Shown: positions 1 to 7,730, counted from the first letter of the stretch. The stretch: DNA of 37,571 nucleotides from a virus (IMGVR_UViG_3300028588_000006:1-37571); one strand, 5' to 3'. The notes: generated by a model from the letters alone, not told the origin. Program-made: numbers and translations.

Positions 1-127
1 CCACGGTGCCGCGAGCGCCGCCGACCAGGGTCAGGGTGGCGGTGACGTCGATCGAGTAATTGACCTGCACGTCGCGCGTGGACGACAGCTGGAAGCAGGT
101 ATTGAGCAGCGGCGTGCGGTAGGCGAA
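1..127. repeat. Terminal direct repeat copy 1 (circular assembly overlap)
   Basis: Bases 1-127 are identical to 37445-37571. Confidence 0.97.
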
Positions 128-670
128 GGCGCGGGGCAGCTGGGCGGCCGGAATGCTCGGGCGGTTCACCAGGTCGTTGTAGTTGCCCGTGGTGGCCACG
201 GCCGCGAAGGTCGGCTTGCCAGTCAGCTCGGCGTAGATGCCGCTGAAGAGCGCCGGGCGGCCGGTGAGGTCGCCATACGCGCCGGACAGCGCCACCGGCG
301 CCAGCCCGGTCAAGTCGCCCGCCTGGCCGGTGAGCGCCACGGTCTTGAGCACTGGCTTGTTGAGGATCTGGGCGGCGCCGCTGGTCGCGTTCCAGTCCGC
401 ATTGACCTGGCCAGCCTGGGGCGCCGTGTTCAGCACGCCGTTGACGATGCCAAGGCCGCTGCCCAAGGTGACCACACTCGGCAGCAGCGTCACCGGGTTG
501 AAGTAGAAGAGGGCGTCCTGGGTTGGCCAGTGGATCAGGCGGTTGACCGGGCCATTGTCGATGCTGTTGGACTGCACCAGGCGCAGGTCGTACGGGTCAG
601 CATAGGCCGGCGAGCAGGCGGAGCACAGCGCCAGGATGAAGCAGATGGATGCGGCGATCAGTTTTTTCAT
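1..670 (-). CDS. 5' part of a 298-aa fibre-repeat protein with an N-terminal signal peptide (spans the circular junction; missed by the ORF track)
   Basis: ATG at 670. Translates MKKLIAASICFILALCSACSPAYA-DPYDLR...QVNADWNATSGAAQILNKP...SGAYGDLTGRP...ATTGNYNDLVNRP and continues in frame into 37444-37218. Confidence 0.85.
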   Translation of the reverse strand, partial: MKKLIAASICFILALCSACSPAYADPYDLRLVQSNSIDNGPVNRLIHWPTQDALFYFNPVTLLPSVVTLGSGLGIVNGVLNTAPQAGQVNADWNATSGAAQILNKPVLKTVALTGQAGDLTGLAPVALSGAYGDLTGRPALFSGIYAELTGKPTFAAVATTGNYNDLVNRPSIPAAQLPRAFAYRTPLLNTCFQLSSTRDVQVNYSIDVTATLTLVGGARGTV

Positions 671-693
671 TTTTCTCTTTCAGGGGTGGGTGA

Positions 694-1035
694 TCAGCTG
701 AGCGACAGCACGTCCCAGGACGTACCGTTCGACTGGATCTCAAGCGCCTGCCACTGGCTGCTCAGGCCCATCGTGGTGGCGCCGTCGATCACTTCGGTGC
801 CTGCGGGGTCAACCGTGACCGTGTTCGCGCTGGCGTCGATCTTCTTCACGGCCAGCACCAGGCCGGCGCAGCTGGCGGCGGCCGGCAGGTTCACGGTGAT
901 CGCGCCGGCCGCCGCGTTGCAGCGGATCGTCGAGTCGCTGGTGGTGGCCGTCGTCGTCGCGGCGACAGTGCGCGAGCTCAAGCGAACGCTGCTGAATGCC
1001 GGCGTGGAAACGATCCATGCCCCGCGTTGCATCAC
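694..1035 (-). CDS. Small beta-rich protein resembling the T4 gp9/gp10-like module of phage fibres
   Basis: Pattern CNAAAGAITVNLP...VKKIDASANTVTV...IDG...EIQSNGTSW. Start overlaps the upstream stop. Confidence 0.7.
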   Translation of the reverse strand: MMQRGAWIVSTPAFSSVRLSSRTVAATTTATTSDSTIRCNAAAGAITVNLPAAASCAGLVLAVKKIDASANTVTVDPAGTEVIDGATTMGLSSQWQALEIQSNGTSWDVLSLS

Positions 1036-1364
1036 TGCCCCTCGCCTGGGGTGATCGACAGCGCGGCCGTGCCGCCGTTGCGGCAGACGGCGCTGATCCA
1101 GTTCGGCGCGGCGTCGTAGCCCATGCTGAAGATCTGGTCGGTGCCGGGCGGTACCGGGGTGCTGGTCACGGCACCAGGGGCAGCGCCCGGGATGGTGGCC
1201 AGGACGGCCGCGCTGGTCCCGATCGCCACGAAGGCGACGTTCGGCCCCTCGTTCACGATGCGCACGCCGTTTGCACGAGCGCCCATCTGGACAGCCGCGC
1301 TGGCGGTGCCGGTGGCGCTGATGCCGAAGGTCTGTGCCTGTGCGCTGAAAGGGGTCTGGTTCAT
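1032..1364 (-). CDS. Hypothetical beta-rich (probable virion) protein, 110 aa
   Basis: MNQTPFSAQAQ start at 1364 overlaps the TerS stop (ATGA). Ala/Thr/Gly-rich with VRIVNEGPNVAFVAIG. Confidence 0.75.
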   Translation of the reverse strand: MNQTPFSAQAQTFGISATGTASAAVQMGARANGVRIVNEGPNVAFVAIGTSAAVLATIPGAAPGAVTSTPVPPGTDQIFSMGYDAAPNWISAVCRNGGTAALSITPGEGQ

Positions 1365-1795
1365 TCCTGTGGCTCCTTGGATGCGCCGAAGCGCGTGATC
1401 TCGACGGTGACGGCGCCGCTGTGCTTCACTTCCTGCTTGTCGCGCCAATGCTCCGGATCGCGGTTCTTGAGCCAGAAGATCACCGCGGTGGTATCAGGCG
1501 GGTATTGCTTCCGGATCGGGGTCTTGACGATTTTTCCGTCGATCACCCGGATGTCGACGTCGTCGTGCTCGTAGCCGGTGGCCCTGGCATACAGGCTGCG
1601 CACCACGCGGTCGTCCGCTTCGACCTTGCCGCTTTTTATGGCGTCGCAAAACTCCGGGTGGTCCGATTTCCAACGGTGGATCGTTGCCACGTTCACACTG
1701 AAAAAATCGGCGATCTCGATATCGGTGGCGCCGAGCTTGCACAGCTTCTCCGCCTGGGCCGCGTAGCCCGGCTGGTATTTCGTAGGTCTTGCCAT
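1361..1795 (-). CDS. terS: Terminase small subunit
   Basis: MARPTKY...KLCKLGATDIEIADFFSVNVATIHRWK (HTH), SLYARATGY, PPDTTAVIFWLKNR...WRDK. First gene after the late promoter. Confidence 0.92.
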   Translation of the reverse strand: MARPTKYQPGYAAQAEKLCKLGATDIEIADFFSVNVATIHRWKSDHPEFCDAIKSGKVEADDRVVRSLYARATGYEHDDVDIRVIDGKIVKTPIRKQYPPDTTAVIFWLKNRDPEHWRDKQEVKHSGAVTVEITRFGASKEPQE

Positions 1796-1829
1796 TTCGT
1801 TCGCCCGAGTAGTCGTGCGGTTCAGGCAC

Positions 1830-1862
1830 AAAAAAGCCGCTGAGACTTGCGCGTCAGCGGCT
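1830..1862 (-). terminator. Intrinsic terminator in late leader
   Basis: AGCCGCTGA/TCAGCGGCT stem followed by a T6 tract on the - strand. Confidence 0.75.
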
Positions 1863-1880
1863 CGTATCGATCCAGAATGC

Positions 1881-1913
1881 AAAAAGCCCCGCGTCATCGC
1901 TGACAGCGGGGCT
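1881..1913 (-). terminator. Intrinsic terminator in late leader (tR'-like)
   Basis: AGCCCCGC/GCGGGGCT stem followed by a T5 tract on the - strand. Confidence 0.75.
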
Positions 1914-1995
1914 CGTTATCTCTTCCAGAGACGCCGCGGGCTCCCATCTGGGAACCCGCGCGCGTCTTGATCGACGGAATTAAGTTGTAGCTTGG

Positions 1996-2024
1996 AATTT
2001 ACTGCTGAGATTGCGGACAGTCAA
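1996..2024 (-). promoter_or_regulatory. Late promoter (pR'-like)
   Basis: TTGACT-17bp-TAAATT on the - strand, downstream of the Q-like gene and upstream of a hairpin, two terminators and terS. Confidence 0.75.
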
Positions 2025-2443
2025 TATATTTCGGTAGGGAATGTTGTGTTTCGACATAATGAAGCCGCGCGTACGATGGCGCGGCAGGTAGCGATCGAGA
2101 CGTCGCCACCCTTTGGCTCTGAGACGTAGATGTTGGGGCCGCACGCAACAGTGACGTCACCAGTGATGCGATGACCACGCGCTTGATAGTCGACTTGCAT
2201 CTGTAACGCTGCCATCAGGTCCAGTGCATCATCGCGATGCACCAGCGGGTTCCATGCATACGTGACTGAGCCATCCTCGAAGTGCAGGTTCCCGTAGCCC
2301 TCGCCGTCAACCTCCACGAACTGAGCGCCGAGTGCGCGTGCGGCCAGCACCAGCAGCTCGCGGTCGGCTGGCACGATCTCCTTTCGCGGCAAGCCGGGCA
2401 TCTCGTCCTCGTCGTCGTTCTCCTCGCTCCATTCACCGCTCAT
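2021..2443 (-). CDS. Hypothetical protein, possibly phage ABA-sandwich-like
   Basis: DRELLVLAARALG...WNPL...DDALDL...CRAIVRAA pattern. Overlaps the end of the upstream gene. Confidence 0.6.
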   Translation of the reverse strand: MSGEWSEENDDEDEMPGLPRKEIVPADRELLVLAARALGAQFVEVDGEGYGNLHFEDGSVTYAWNPLVHRDDALDLMAALQMQVDYQARGHRITGDVTVACGPNIYVSEPKGGDVSIATCRAIVRAASLCRNTTFPTEIY

Positions 2444-2816
2444 CGTCGCTCCCTTGTTGAGCTGTCAATTCTACCGCGCGCTGGGCCGCTCGAAACTGTT
2501 TAACGAACTCGGTCGCAGGGTGGTGCGGGATCCGCATCTTCCTGCACACCACTTCGGGTGGCAGGGCGCGGATGTAGCACCAGTACAGCATCATCCGGTG
2601 GTTCGTTTCCAGGGTGCGCATGGCGCGCTCGATGCAATCGGCGTCGGCCTTGTCGACTCGGCGCCTGTCGTCGCTGGGGCTGCTGGAGCCCTCGACATCC
2701 TTGCGCATACGGTCGAGATCCTTGCCGAGGCGCGAGATGCCGGGTTTGTGGTCGCCGGCGCCGACGCAGTGCGCCCAGTTCTCCAAGCGCCAGCCGATGT
2801 CGCGGCGTTCGGTCAC
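2433..2816 (-). CDS. Putative late antiterminator (Q-like)
   Basis: RLENWA N-terminus, DADCIERAM...L...Y plus a helical C-terminus. Located after rusA and before the late promoter. Confidence 0.7.
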   Translation of the reverse strand: MTERRDIGWRLENWAHCVGAGDHKPGISRLGKDLDRMRKDVEGSSSPSDDRRRVDKADADCIERAMRTLETNHRMMLYWCYIRALPPEVVCRKMRIPHHPATEFVKQFRAAQRAVELTAQQGSDDER

Positions 2817-2992
2817 TCGCGGGCCTCCCGTGGCGCGGTGCGGACGATCTCGTACATGTTCGCTCCCCAGGTCCGCTCGTCGCTGACATCGACCTCGGTC
2901 CAGTAGGCATGGAGCGCCTTCTCGGCGTCACGTAGCTTGGCCAGCGCAGCCTCGCGCAGCGCCTTGATCTTCGGGTCATCGGAATAGATCAC
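2813..2992 (-). CDS. Hypothetical protein, 59 aa
   Basis: GTG start overlaps the rusA stop; the stop overlaps the next ATG. Sequence (M)IYSDDPKIKALREAAL. Confidence 0.7.
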   Translation of the reverse strand: MIYSDDPKIKALREAALAKLRDAEKALHAYWTEVDVSDERTWGANMYEIVRTAPREARE

Positions 2993-3420
2993 GCTGCCTC
3001 CCCGGCAACCTCGATCACGCGCACCAGGGCGCACGGCGCTTCGGCGTACCGCTTCTCGAGCATGATGCGCACGACCTGGGCGTCGTCGCCCCACACGATG
3101 CCGTTGCAGCCGTCCTTGATCCCCTTGAGAACGTTGTCGGCGTCGGGTTTCTTCGTGGCGCAGATCGAGCCAGCGATGGCGGCCTCGCGGCGCTTCTTCG
3201 ACCAGCTGGCCGGGATCTGCAGGTTGAGCGTGACCGTCAGGGCGACCGGGCGCGCCGTCGGCAGCACGCCGCACATCGCGGTGGTCGCCGCCAGCTTGAC
3301 CAGGTTCTCGTAGCTGGCGGTCTTGGCTGGCGTATAGGCGACGACGTTCGCACCGCGGCGCGCGAACTTGGGTCGGCCCTTTGCAACTGGCTGGCCGGGG
3401 ACGGTGAAGGCGATCATCAT
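2989..3420 (-). CDS. rusA: RusA-family Holliday junction resolvase
   Basis: FTVPGQPVAKGRP, KKPDADNVLKGIKDGCNGIVWGDDAQV (catalytic Asp residues). Confidence 0.93.
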   Translation of the reverse strand: MMIAFTVPGQPVAKGRPKFARRGANVVAYTPAKTASYENLVKLAATTAMCGVLPTARPVALTVTLNLQIPASWSKKRREAAIAGSICATKKPDADNVLKGIKDGCNGIVWGDDAQVVRIMLEKRYAEAPCALVRVIEVAGEAA

Positions 3421-3480
3421 GGTTCAGGTTCTCTCGGTGTCGTTGGAGTCGTCGCCCGGGCTGGCCGGGCGCGATGAGGA

Positions 3481-3969
3481 TTACGGCGCTGCCTTCTTGG
3501 TTTTCTTCGGCACTGCTTCGGGCTGCGGTTCGGCGCCAGCCGCGGTTACCACCTGGTCGGGGGCCTCGGCCTGTTCCGGCGATACGTCGGGCAGCGGCTC
3601 GGTGCCAGTTGCCGTCACGCCGTCCGGATAGGCCTTTTCGGTCAACTGGGTGAGCAGCGGGGTAGGCTCCGGCATCCAGCCATCAGGCACGATCAGGCGC
3701 ACGACGTCGGGGTCCGTGTCCTCATGCTTTTTCGCCTGCTCGAGCTGGTAAGGCATCCATTCGGCGAAGAAGCCCTGTTCCGGACGGTCGTTGCCGTCCT
3801 GGACCAGCGGCACGAAGGTGCGCGGGTGCGGGATGCCGGTAGCGTCGAACACGGACAGGTTCAGCACCTCGTTGCTGTGCACGTAGGTGATGATGCCGGC
3901 GAAGGGCTGCTCATCCAGCGAGCCGACGGAGCGGACCAAGACGATGCGGCCGATGGTGGGTTTGATCAT
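3481..3969 (-). CDS. Hypothetical phage protein with Pro/Ala-rich tail
   Basis: MIKPTIGRIV...IITYVH...NLSVFD...WMPYQ. RBS AAAGG upstream. Confidence 0.8.
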   Translation of the reverse strand: MIKPTIGRIVLVRSVGSLDEQPFAGIITYVHSNEVLNLSVFDATGIPHPRTFVPLVQDGNDRPEQGFFAEWMPYQLEQAKKHEDTDPDVVRLIVPDGWMPEPTPLLTQLTEKAYPDGVTATGTEPLPDVSPEQAEAPDQVVTAAGAEPQPEAVPKKTKKAAP

Positions 3970-3994
3970 GGTGTTGCCTTTCGGTAGTGGGTGG

Positions 3995-4252
3995 TCAGAA
4001 GGTGGTCGGCTGCGCGATGCCGCGGATCACGGCCATGAAGCCGCGCTGCAGGTCAGTGGCGCCGATGCTGATCCAGCGTTGGTCGAGCGACAGCGCAGGC
4101 GGCGAGTCGCTGGTGGCCTGGCCGGTGTGCTGGCGGAGCTTGGCGATGTAGGCGCCGCACTGCTCGGCCAGAGCCTTGCCCGCGTTCATGAGGTCGATCT
4201 CCTCCTGGGAGAGGTCGCGATAGCCTTTGATCTTCTGATGCTGGTTGTCCAT
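3995..4252 (-). CDS. acb2: Acb2 family anti-CBASS cyclic-nucleotide sponge, 85 aa
   Basis: MDNQHQKIKGYRDLSQEEIDLMN...RWISIGATDLQRGFMAVIRGIAQP closely matches the recalled termini of Pseudomonas phage PaMx33 Acb2. Y11 and K26 are at identical positions. Confidence 0.9.
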   Translation of the reverse strand: MDNQHQKIKGYRDLSQEEIDLMNAGKALAEQCGAYIAKLRQHTGQATSDSPPALSLDQRWISIGATDLQRGFMAVIRGIAQPTTF

Positions 4253-4281
4253 CTGGGAATGCCTTTCAGGTTGGTGCTGCG

Positions 4282-4497
4282 TTAGCGCTGACGCGCGAAT
4301 TGGTCTTCGTGGGCGCGTTGCTGAGCGCGCCTGGTTTGCCATGCCCCTCGCTCGTTGAAGAGCACGCATGGCCGATCGGTCGACAGGACGTCCTTTTCCC
4401 ATCCCTCGCAGTAGCCGGACCGCTCGATGCCTTCGTCCTTGCGGGCCGGGGCGGGGAAGCGGGCGCACATGCCGCAGGGCTGGTGGTCGCGGTTCAT
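4282..4497 (-). CDS. Small Cys-rich protein
   Basis: CGMC...GYC...PC; ATGA-coupled to the replication gene. Confidence 0.7.
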   Translation of the reverse strand: MNRDHQPCGMCARFPAPARKDEGIERSGYCEGWEKDVLSTDRPCVLFNERGAWQTRRAQQRAHEDQFARQR

Positions 4498-5552
4498 GCC
4501 GCCTTGTCTCCGTTGCGTTTCGCGCGCTCGTAGGCTTCGACGCGGGCTTGCCAGTCGTCGTAGCTTTCGTCGGTGCCCTTGGGATCCAGGCCCTGGGGCC
4601 TGCGTGCCGGCGCTGGTGGGCCAGACGGGGCGATGCTTGCCGCCGGCGCGGCCTGCTTTTGCAGAACGGTCTGCACGGTGCTGTCGAGGTAGACGAGCCC
4701 GATCACCTCGTCAGGCTTGAACCTCCTGGCTCTGGCAATGGCCACGGTCAGCAGGTCCTTCGTGATGCGGGGATCCGCGGCCCAAGCGAGCACGATGGGC
4801 GCGCTTGCGGTCGCCTCGATGCTCTCCTCCCGGAGTGCTGCCACGATGGCTGAGGTCCGTTTCGACTCTCGAGGTTGGTCGTCGTCGTCGCGGTGCTGAG
4901 CGGCACCAACTTCGGTTGAGGCTTGAGACGACGACGATAAGGTCTTAGAAGTTAACTCTCCCTTCTTCTCTCCCTTACACACCGTGACAGGCTGTGACAT
5001 GTCACGCCCGTTATCCGTGACATGCTCAGGTGGATCTTGTGACAACTGTTGAGCGGCGAGGGCGCGTAATGCCTTCGTTGACACGTTCCAGTCAGGCACA
5101 ATGCCGTGACTTCTCAGCACTTCGAACAGCGCCTTACGATCCTCGCGCTCACGTGCTTTTCGCTCTGCGTCGGCACTGCGCTTGTGATTGAATTCCTCGC
5201 GACCTGGCAGCGCGGCGAGCGCCTTCTCGGCCACGACCGGGTGATACCAGCGATCATCCGAGCACAGGATCCAGCCACGCATGGCGCCTTCCTTGATGCG
5301 CTTCCACTTCGCCGCGTTGCCGGATAAGTACGCCAGCACCATGTCCTTGTTCGGCAGGCTGGCGGCCGGCACCTGGGTCCAGCTTTTGCACCAGAGCGCA
5401 ACAGCTGCCTTGAACTCATCGCCGGTCGTCTCCGCAAACATGTCGGAATCGATCAGGCGGATGACGTCCAACGGCATGTAGGGCAGGCCGCGCAGGTCGC
5501 AGTCGGCTGGGGTGAGGGGAGCCGGCAAAGCGCCGGCTTCATTCGGCGTCAT
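4494..5552 (-). CDS. Replication initiator, DUF1376/YdaU-like
   Basis: PAPLTPADCDLRGLPYMPLDV...LWCKSW.QVPAASLP...GWILCSDDRWYHPVV. Lambda O position, with internal iterons. Confidence 0.8.
   Translation of the reverse strand: MTPNEAGALPAPLTPADCDLRGLPYMPLDVIRLIDSDMFAETTGDEFKAAVALWCKSWTQVPAASLPNKDMVLAYLSGNAAKWKRIKEGAMRGWILCSDDRWYHPVVAEKALAALPGREEFNHKRSADAERKAREREDRKALFEVLRSHGIVPDWNVSTKALRALAAQQLSQDPPEHVTDNGRDMSQPVTVCKGEKKGELTSKTLSSSSQASTEVGAAQHRDDDDQPRESKRTSAIVAALREESIEATASAPIVLAWAADPRITKDLLTVAIARARRFKPDEVIGLVYLDSTVQTVLQKQAAPAASIAPSGPPAPARRPQGLDPKGTDESYDDWQARVEAYERAKRNGDKAA
4930..5111. repeat. Putative replication origin: GTGACA iterons plus adjacent AT-rich/pyrimidine tract
   Basis: GTGACA at 4984, 4994, 5017 and 5039; palindrome GTGACATGTCAC at 4994-5005; variants at 5078 and 5106; strand-biased tract at about 4938-4980. 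Confidence 0.65.
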
Positions 5553-5743
5553 GGCGCTGGCGCCTCCGCCAGCTGCTCGGCGCGCCATTCCAGGATGCAG
5601 CGGTCCCACTCGGCCTGCCATACCTCGATCGCCGCGGTGCAGTGCCAGTTGAAGTTGTGTTCGTCGCGGCCAGCGCCACGCTCAAAAGCGGTGCGCGCCT
5701 TGGCGGCGATCATGTCGCGGGAAACGATCGAGGTATCCATCAT
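5549..5743 (-). CDS. Hypothetical protein, 64 aa
   Basis: Overlaps the neighbouring gene at both ends. Confidence 0.75.
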   Translation of the reverse strand: MMDTSIVSRDMIAAKARTAFERGAGRDEHNFNWHCTAAIEVWQAEWDRCILEWRAEQLAEAPAP

Positions 5744-6006
5744 TCCACCTTCCCGGCGCGGTACTTCTCGACCGCTTCGGCCAGCTCGAGGTTACTCACC
5801 TCCAGGCGACCTTGAGCGCGGCGCTGCTGCTCCGCTGGTGCGACCTGAACCGCCTTTCGTCGATCGGCCCAGTTGCAGGCCTTGACGATTACCTTCGTTG
5901 CCGCCTTGCTGTCCAGTGCTACATTGCTCATTGCTTCAATTCCTTTCTCGGCCTGGCGCTTCGCTGGGCCATCTTTTTTCCTGCTCGTGGCGCAGTCGGA
6001 AGCCAT
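5740..6006 (-). CDS. Hypothetical protein (alternative start at 5931)
   Basis: TAATG overlap with the upstream stop and a GGAGGA RBS. A second RBS/ATG lies at 5931. Confidence 0.6.
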   Translation of the reverse strand: MASDCATSRKKDGPAKRQAEKGIEAMSNVALDSKAATKVIVKACNWADRRKAVQVAPAEQQRRAQGRLEVSNLELAEAVEKYRAGKVE

Positions 6007-6254
6007 TAAAGATTCCTCCGGGCGCCGCCCTTTGCGCTGCAAGCGCGGTTCGCCGGGCGGCCGACACCCCGGCAATGTCGGGATTCCTTCGGGCGGGCCG
6101 GCGGCATACCATGCTGCTGTAGAGCGGCATTGCCCAAGCCGCGGTACCAGGTCGACAGGCCGATGCCGAGGGCTTTGCACAGCGTCTTTGCTGCGTTCTT
6201 CTCCTCATCGTTGACGAGGATCTCGATCGTGGTGGTGCGTGCTGCGTGGTTCAT
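6006..6254 (-). CDS. Small DNA-binding protein at the cII position (ribbon-helix-helix-like)
   Basis: RTTTIEILVNDEEKNAAKTLCKALGIGLSTWYR resembles the RHH pattern; GGAG RBS. Confidence 0.65.
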   Translation of the reverse strand: MNHAARTTTIEILVNDEEKNAAKTLCKALGIGLSTWYRGLGNAALQQHGMPPARPKESRHCRGVGRPANRACSAKGGARRNL

Positions 6255-6355
6255 GTACTTCTCCGTGGTGATGCGGGTTACGTGGGTCGGCGGTGTGCCG
6301 GCTGGTGATGCTGGTTGCGTAGGAAATGTCCTGCGTGCAACTTTTAGGACATGCG

Positions 6356-6378
6356 AAAAAGCCGCGGGTTACTGCGGC
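6356..6378 (-). terminator. Terminator after cro (tR1-like)
   Basis: GCCGCAG-TAAC-CCGCGGC followed by TTTTT on the - strand. Confidence 0.65.
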
Positions 6379-6617
6379 TGGGCTGGGGTAGGGGACTGGA
6401 CGGCCAGCTCGGGCCAGATGCGCTGCCAGTCGTGCGGGAACATCTCGCGGCGCGACACCAGACCGCCTGTCGCGGTCTCGATCGCCGCGCCATAGACGAC
6501 CGGAATCGGTCTCGTTCCATCGGCCCAGCGACTTACGTCTGGGGCATGCGCACCGATGGCCTTAGCCAGGGCCGCCTGTCGGCCGCGCTCTTGAGAGAGG
6601 TAAGTTTTGATGTCCAT
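6369..6617 (-). CDS. cro: Cro/YdaS-family repressor
   Basis: MDIKTYL...GRQAALAKAIG...VSRWADGTRPIP...IETATGG.VSR...WPEL; divergent from cI. Confidence 0.9.
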   Translation of the reverse strand: MDIKTYLSQERGRQAALAKAIGAHAPDVSRWADGTRPIPVVYGAAIETATGGLVSRREMFPHDWQRIWPELAVQSPTPAQPQ

Positions 6618-6623
6618 AGCAGC

Positions 6624-6653
6624 AGCATATAGCGAATCGCTAAATATCGTCAA
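6624..6653 (-). promoter_or_regulatory. pR-like promoter
   Basis: TTGACG-18bp-TATGCT, with an operator between the hexamers. Confidence 0.7.
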
Positions 6654-6690
6654 TAGCGAATCGCACATTTCAATGTTTAGCGATTTGCTA
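6630..6690. promoter_or_regulatory. Three repressor operators (OR-like)
   Basis: TAGCGAATCGCTA at 6630-6642, TAGCGAATCGCAC at 6654-6666 and TAGCGATTTGCTA at 6678-6690; exact 24-bp period. Confidence 0.88.
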
Positions 6691-6702
6691 TGTAATGCTC
6701 GG

Positions 6703-7422
6703 ATGCAAACAAATGATGAGATCCGCCGCGAGAACCTTGAGGTCGCCATCAAGCGCCTTGGGACAGCTGCGAGGCTGGCCGAGGCAGCGGGGACGTCGGC
6801 CGCCTATCTGAGCCAGATCCGCAACCGGACCCCAGACAGCAAGTCCGGCACGCCCAAGATGATGGGTGACGCCATGGCCCGCAGAATCGAAGCGGCTCTG
6901 GGCGAGCCTGAAGGCTGGATGGATAGATCTCACCTGTTCAAAGGTGGGGAAGAGCAACAACCGAAGATCCCGAAGGTATTTGATGAAAACGTGTCGCCTG
7001 CGCTACTTGGTACGCGCTCAATCCCAGTGATATCCGCAGTGCAAGCAGGCGCACTCAGGGACATGGAAAGCCCATACGAGCCAGGTGACGGGTATGCAGT
7101 CGAGTACACCGACGACGCTAAGCTTTCGCGCTGGGCGTTTGGTTTAGACGTTGAAGGTGATTCGATGGAGCCTAGGTTCCATCCGGGCGACCGTCTAATT
7201 GTTGACCCAGAGCGGCAGCCAAAGCCAGGAAGTTTTGTAGTCGCGCGCAATGGAAGCAATCAGGCAACGTTTAAGAAATATCGACCGCGGGGAATTGACG
7301 CACAAGGGAACGAAATCTTCGAACTGGCACCACTGAATGAAGATTATCCGACGATGCGTAGCGATACAGAAAAGCTGACGATTATCGGAGTCGTTACCGA
7401 GGTTCGGCAGAAGTTAATCTAA
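6703..7422 (+). CDS. cI: CI/LexA-like phage repressor with S24 peptidase domain
   Basis: N-terminal HTH (RLAEAAGTSAAYLSQI), VQAG cleavage site, VEGDSM catalytic Ser, ATFKK catalytic Lys. Confidence 0.94.
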   Translation: MQTNDEIRRENLEVAIKRLGTAARLAEAAGTSAAYLSQIRNRTPDSKSGTPKMMGDAMARRIEAALGEPEGWMDRSHLFKGGEEQQPKIPKVFDENVSPALLGTRSIPVISAVQAGALRDMESPYEPGDGYAVEYTDDAKLSRWAFGLDVEGDSMEPRFHPGDRLIVDPERQPKPGSFVVARNGSNQATFKKYRPRGIDAQGNEIFELAPLNEDYPTMRSDTEKLTIIGVVTEVRQKLI

Positions 7423-7440
7423 TACTGTTGGTGAGGTGAT

Positions 7441-7707
7441 ATGAGCACTCTATGGAGGTTTGGAGGGGCTGACGTTCTTCGAGGTTGGATGGCATGCAAA
7501 AACGTATGCCAGTCGACATTTCGTCTAACTAACGATGCTGTTGACGGCGTATTTGGCATCATTCTTATCTCTGTACTTCTAGCATTGTTGCTGGCATTTA
7601 AAGCGGTATTTTCACTGATCAAAGACTTATCGCTACTCTTTTTAAAGCACTGGTGGGTACTTCTAATTGTCGCTGCCTACTATATCTACAAGAATTTTTA
7701 TAACTAA
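7441..7707 (+). CDS. Small membrane protein downstream of cI
   Basis: GAGGTG RBS; hydrophobic segments GVFGIILISVLLALLLAFKAVF and WWVLLIVAAYYIY; AT-rich DNA. Confidence 0.7.
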   Translation: MSTLWRFGGADVLRGWMACKNVCQSTFRLTNDAVDGVFGIILISVLLALLLAFKAVFSLIKDLSLLFLKHWWVLLIVAAYYIYKNFYN

Positions 7708-7730
7708 TTGCGTTCTAGTGAGAAGAGATA

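Noticed and set aside
6630-6690. Mini-CRISPR array
   Set aside because: The 13-bp palindromes with 11-bp gaps sit between cI and cro and recur at pL, so they are operators. No cas genes are present.
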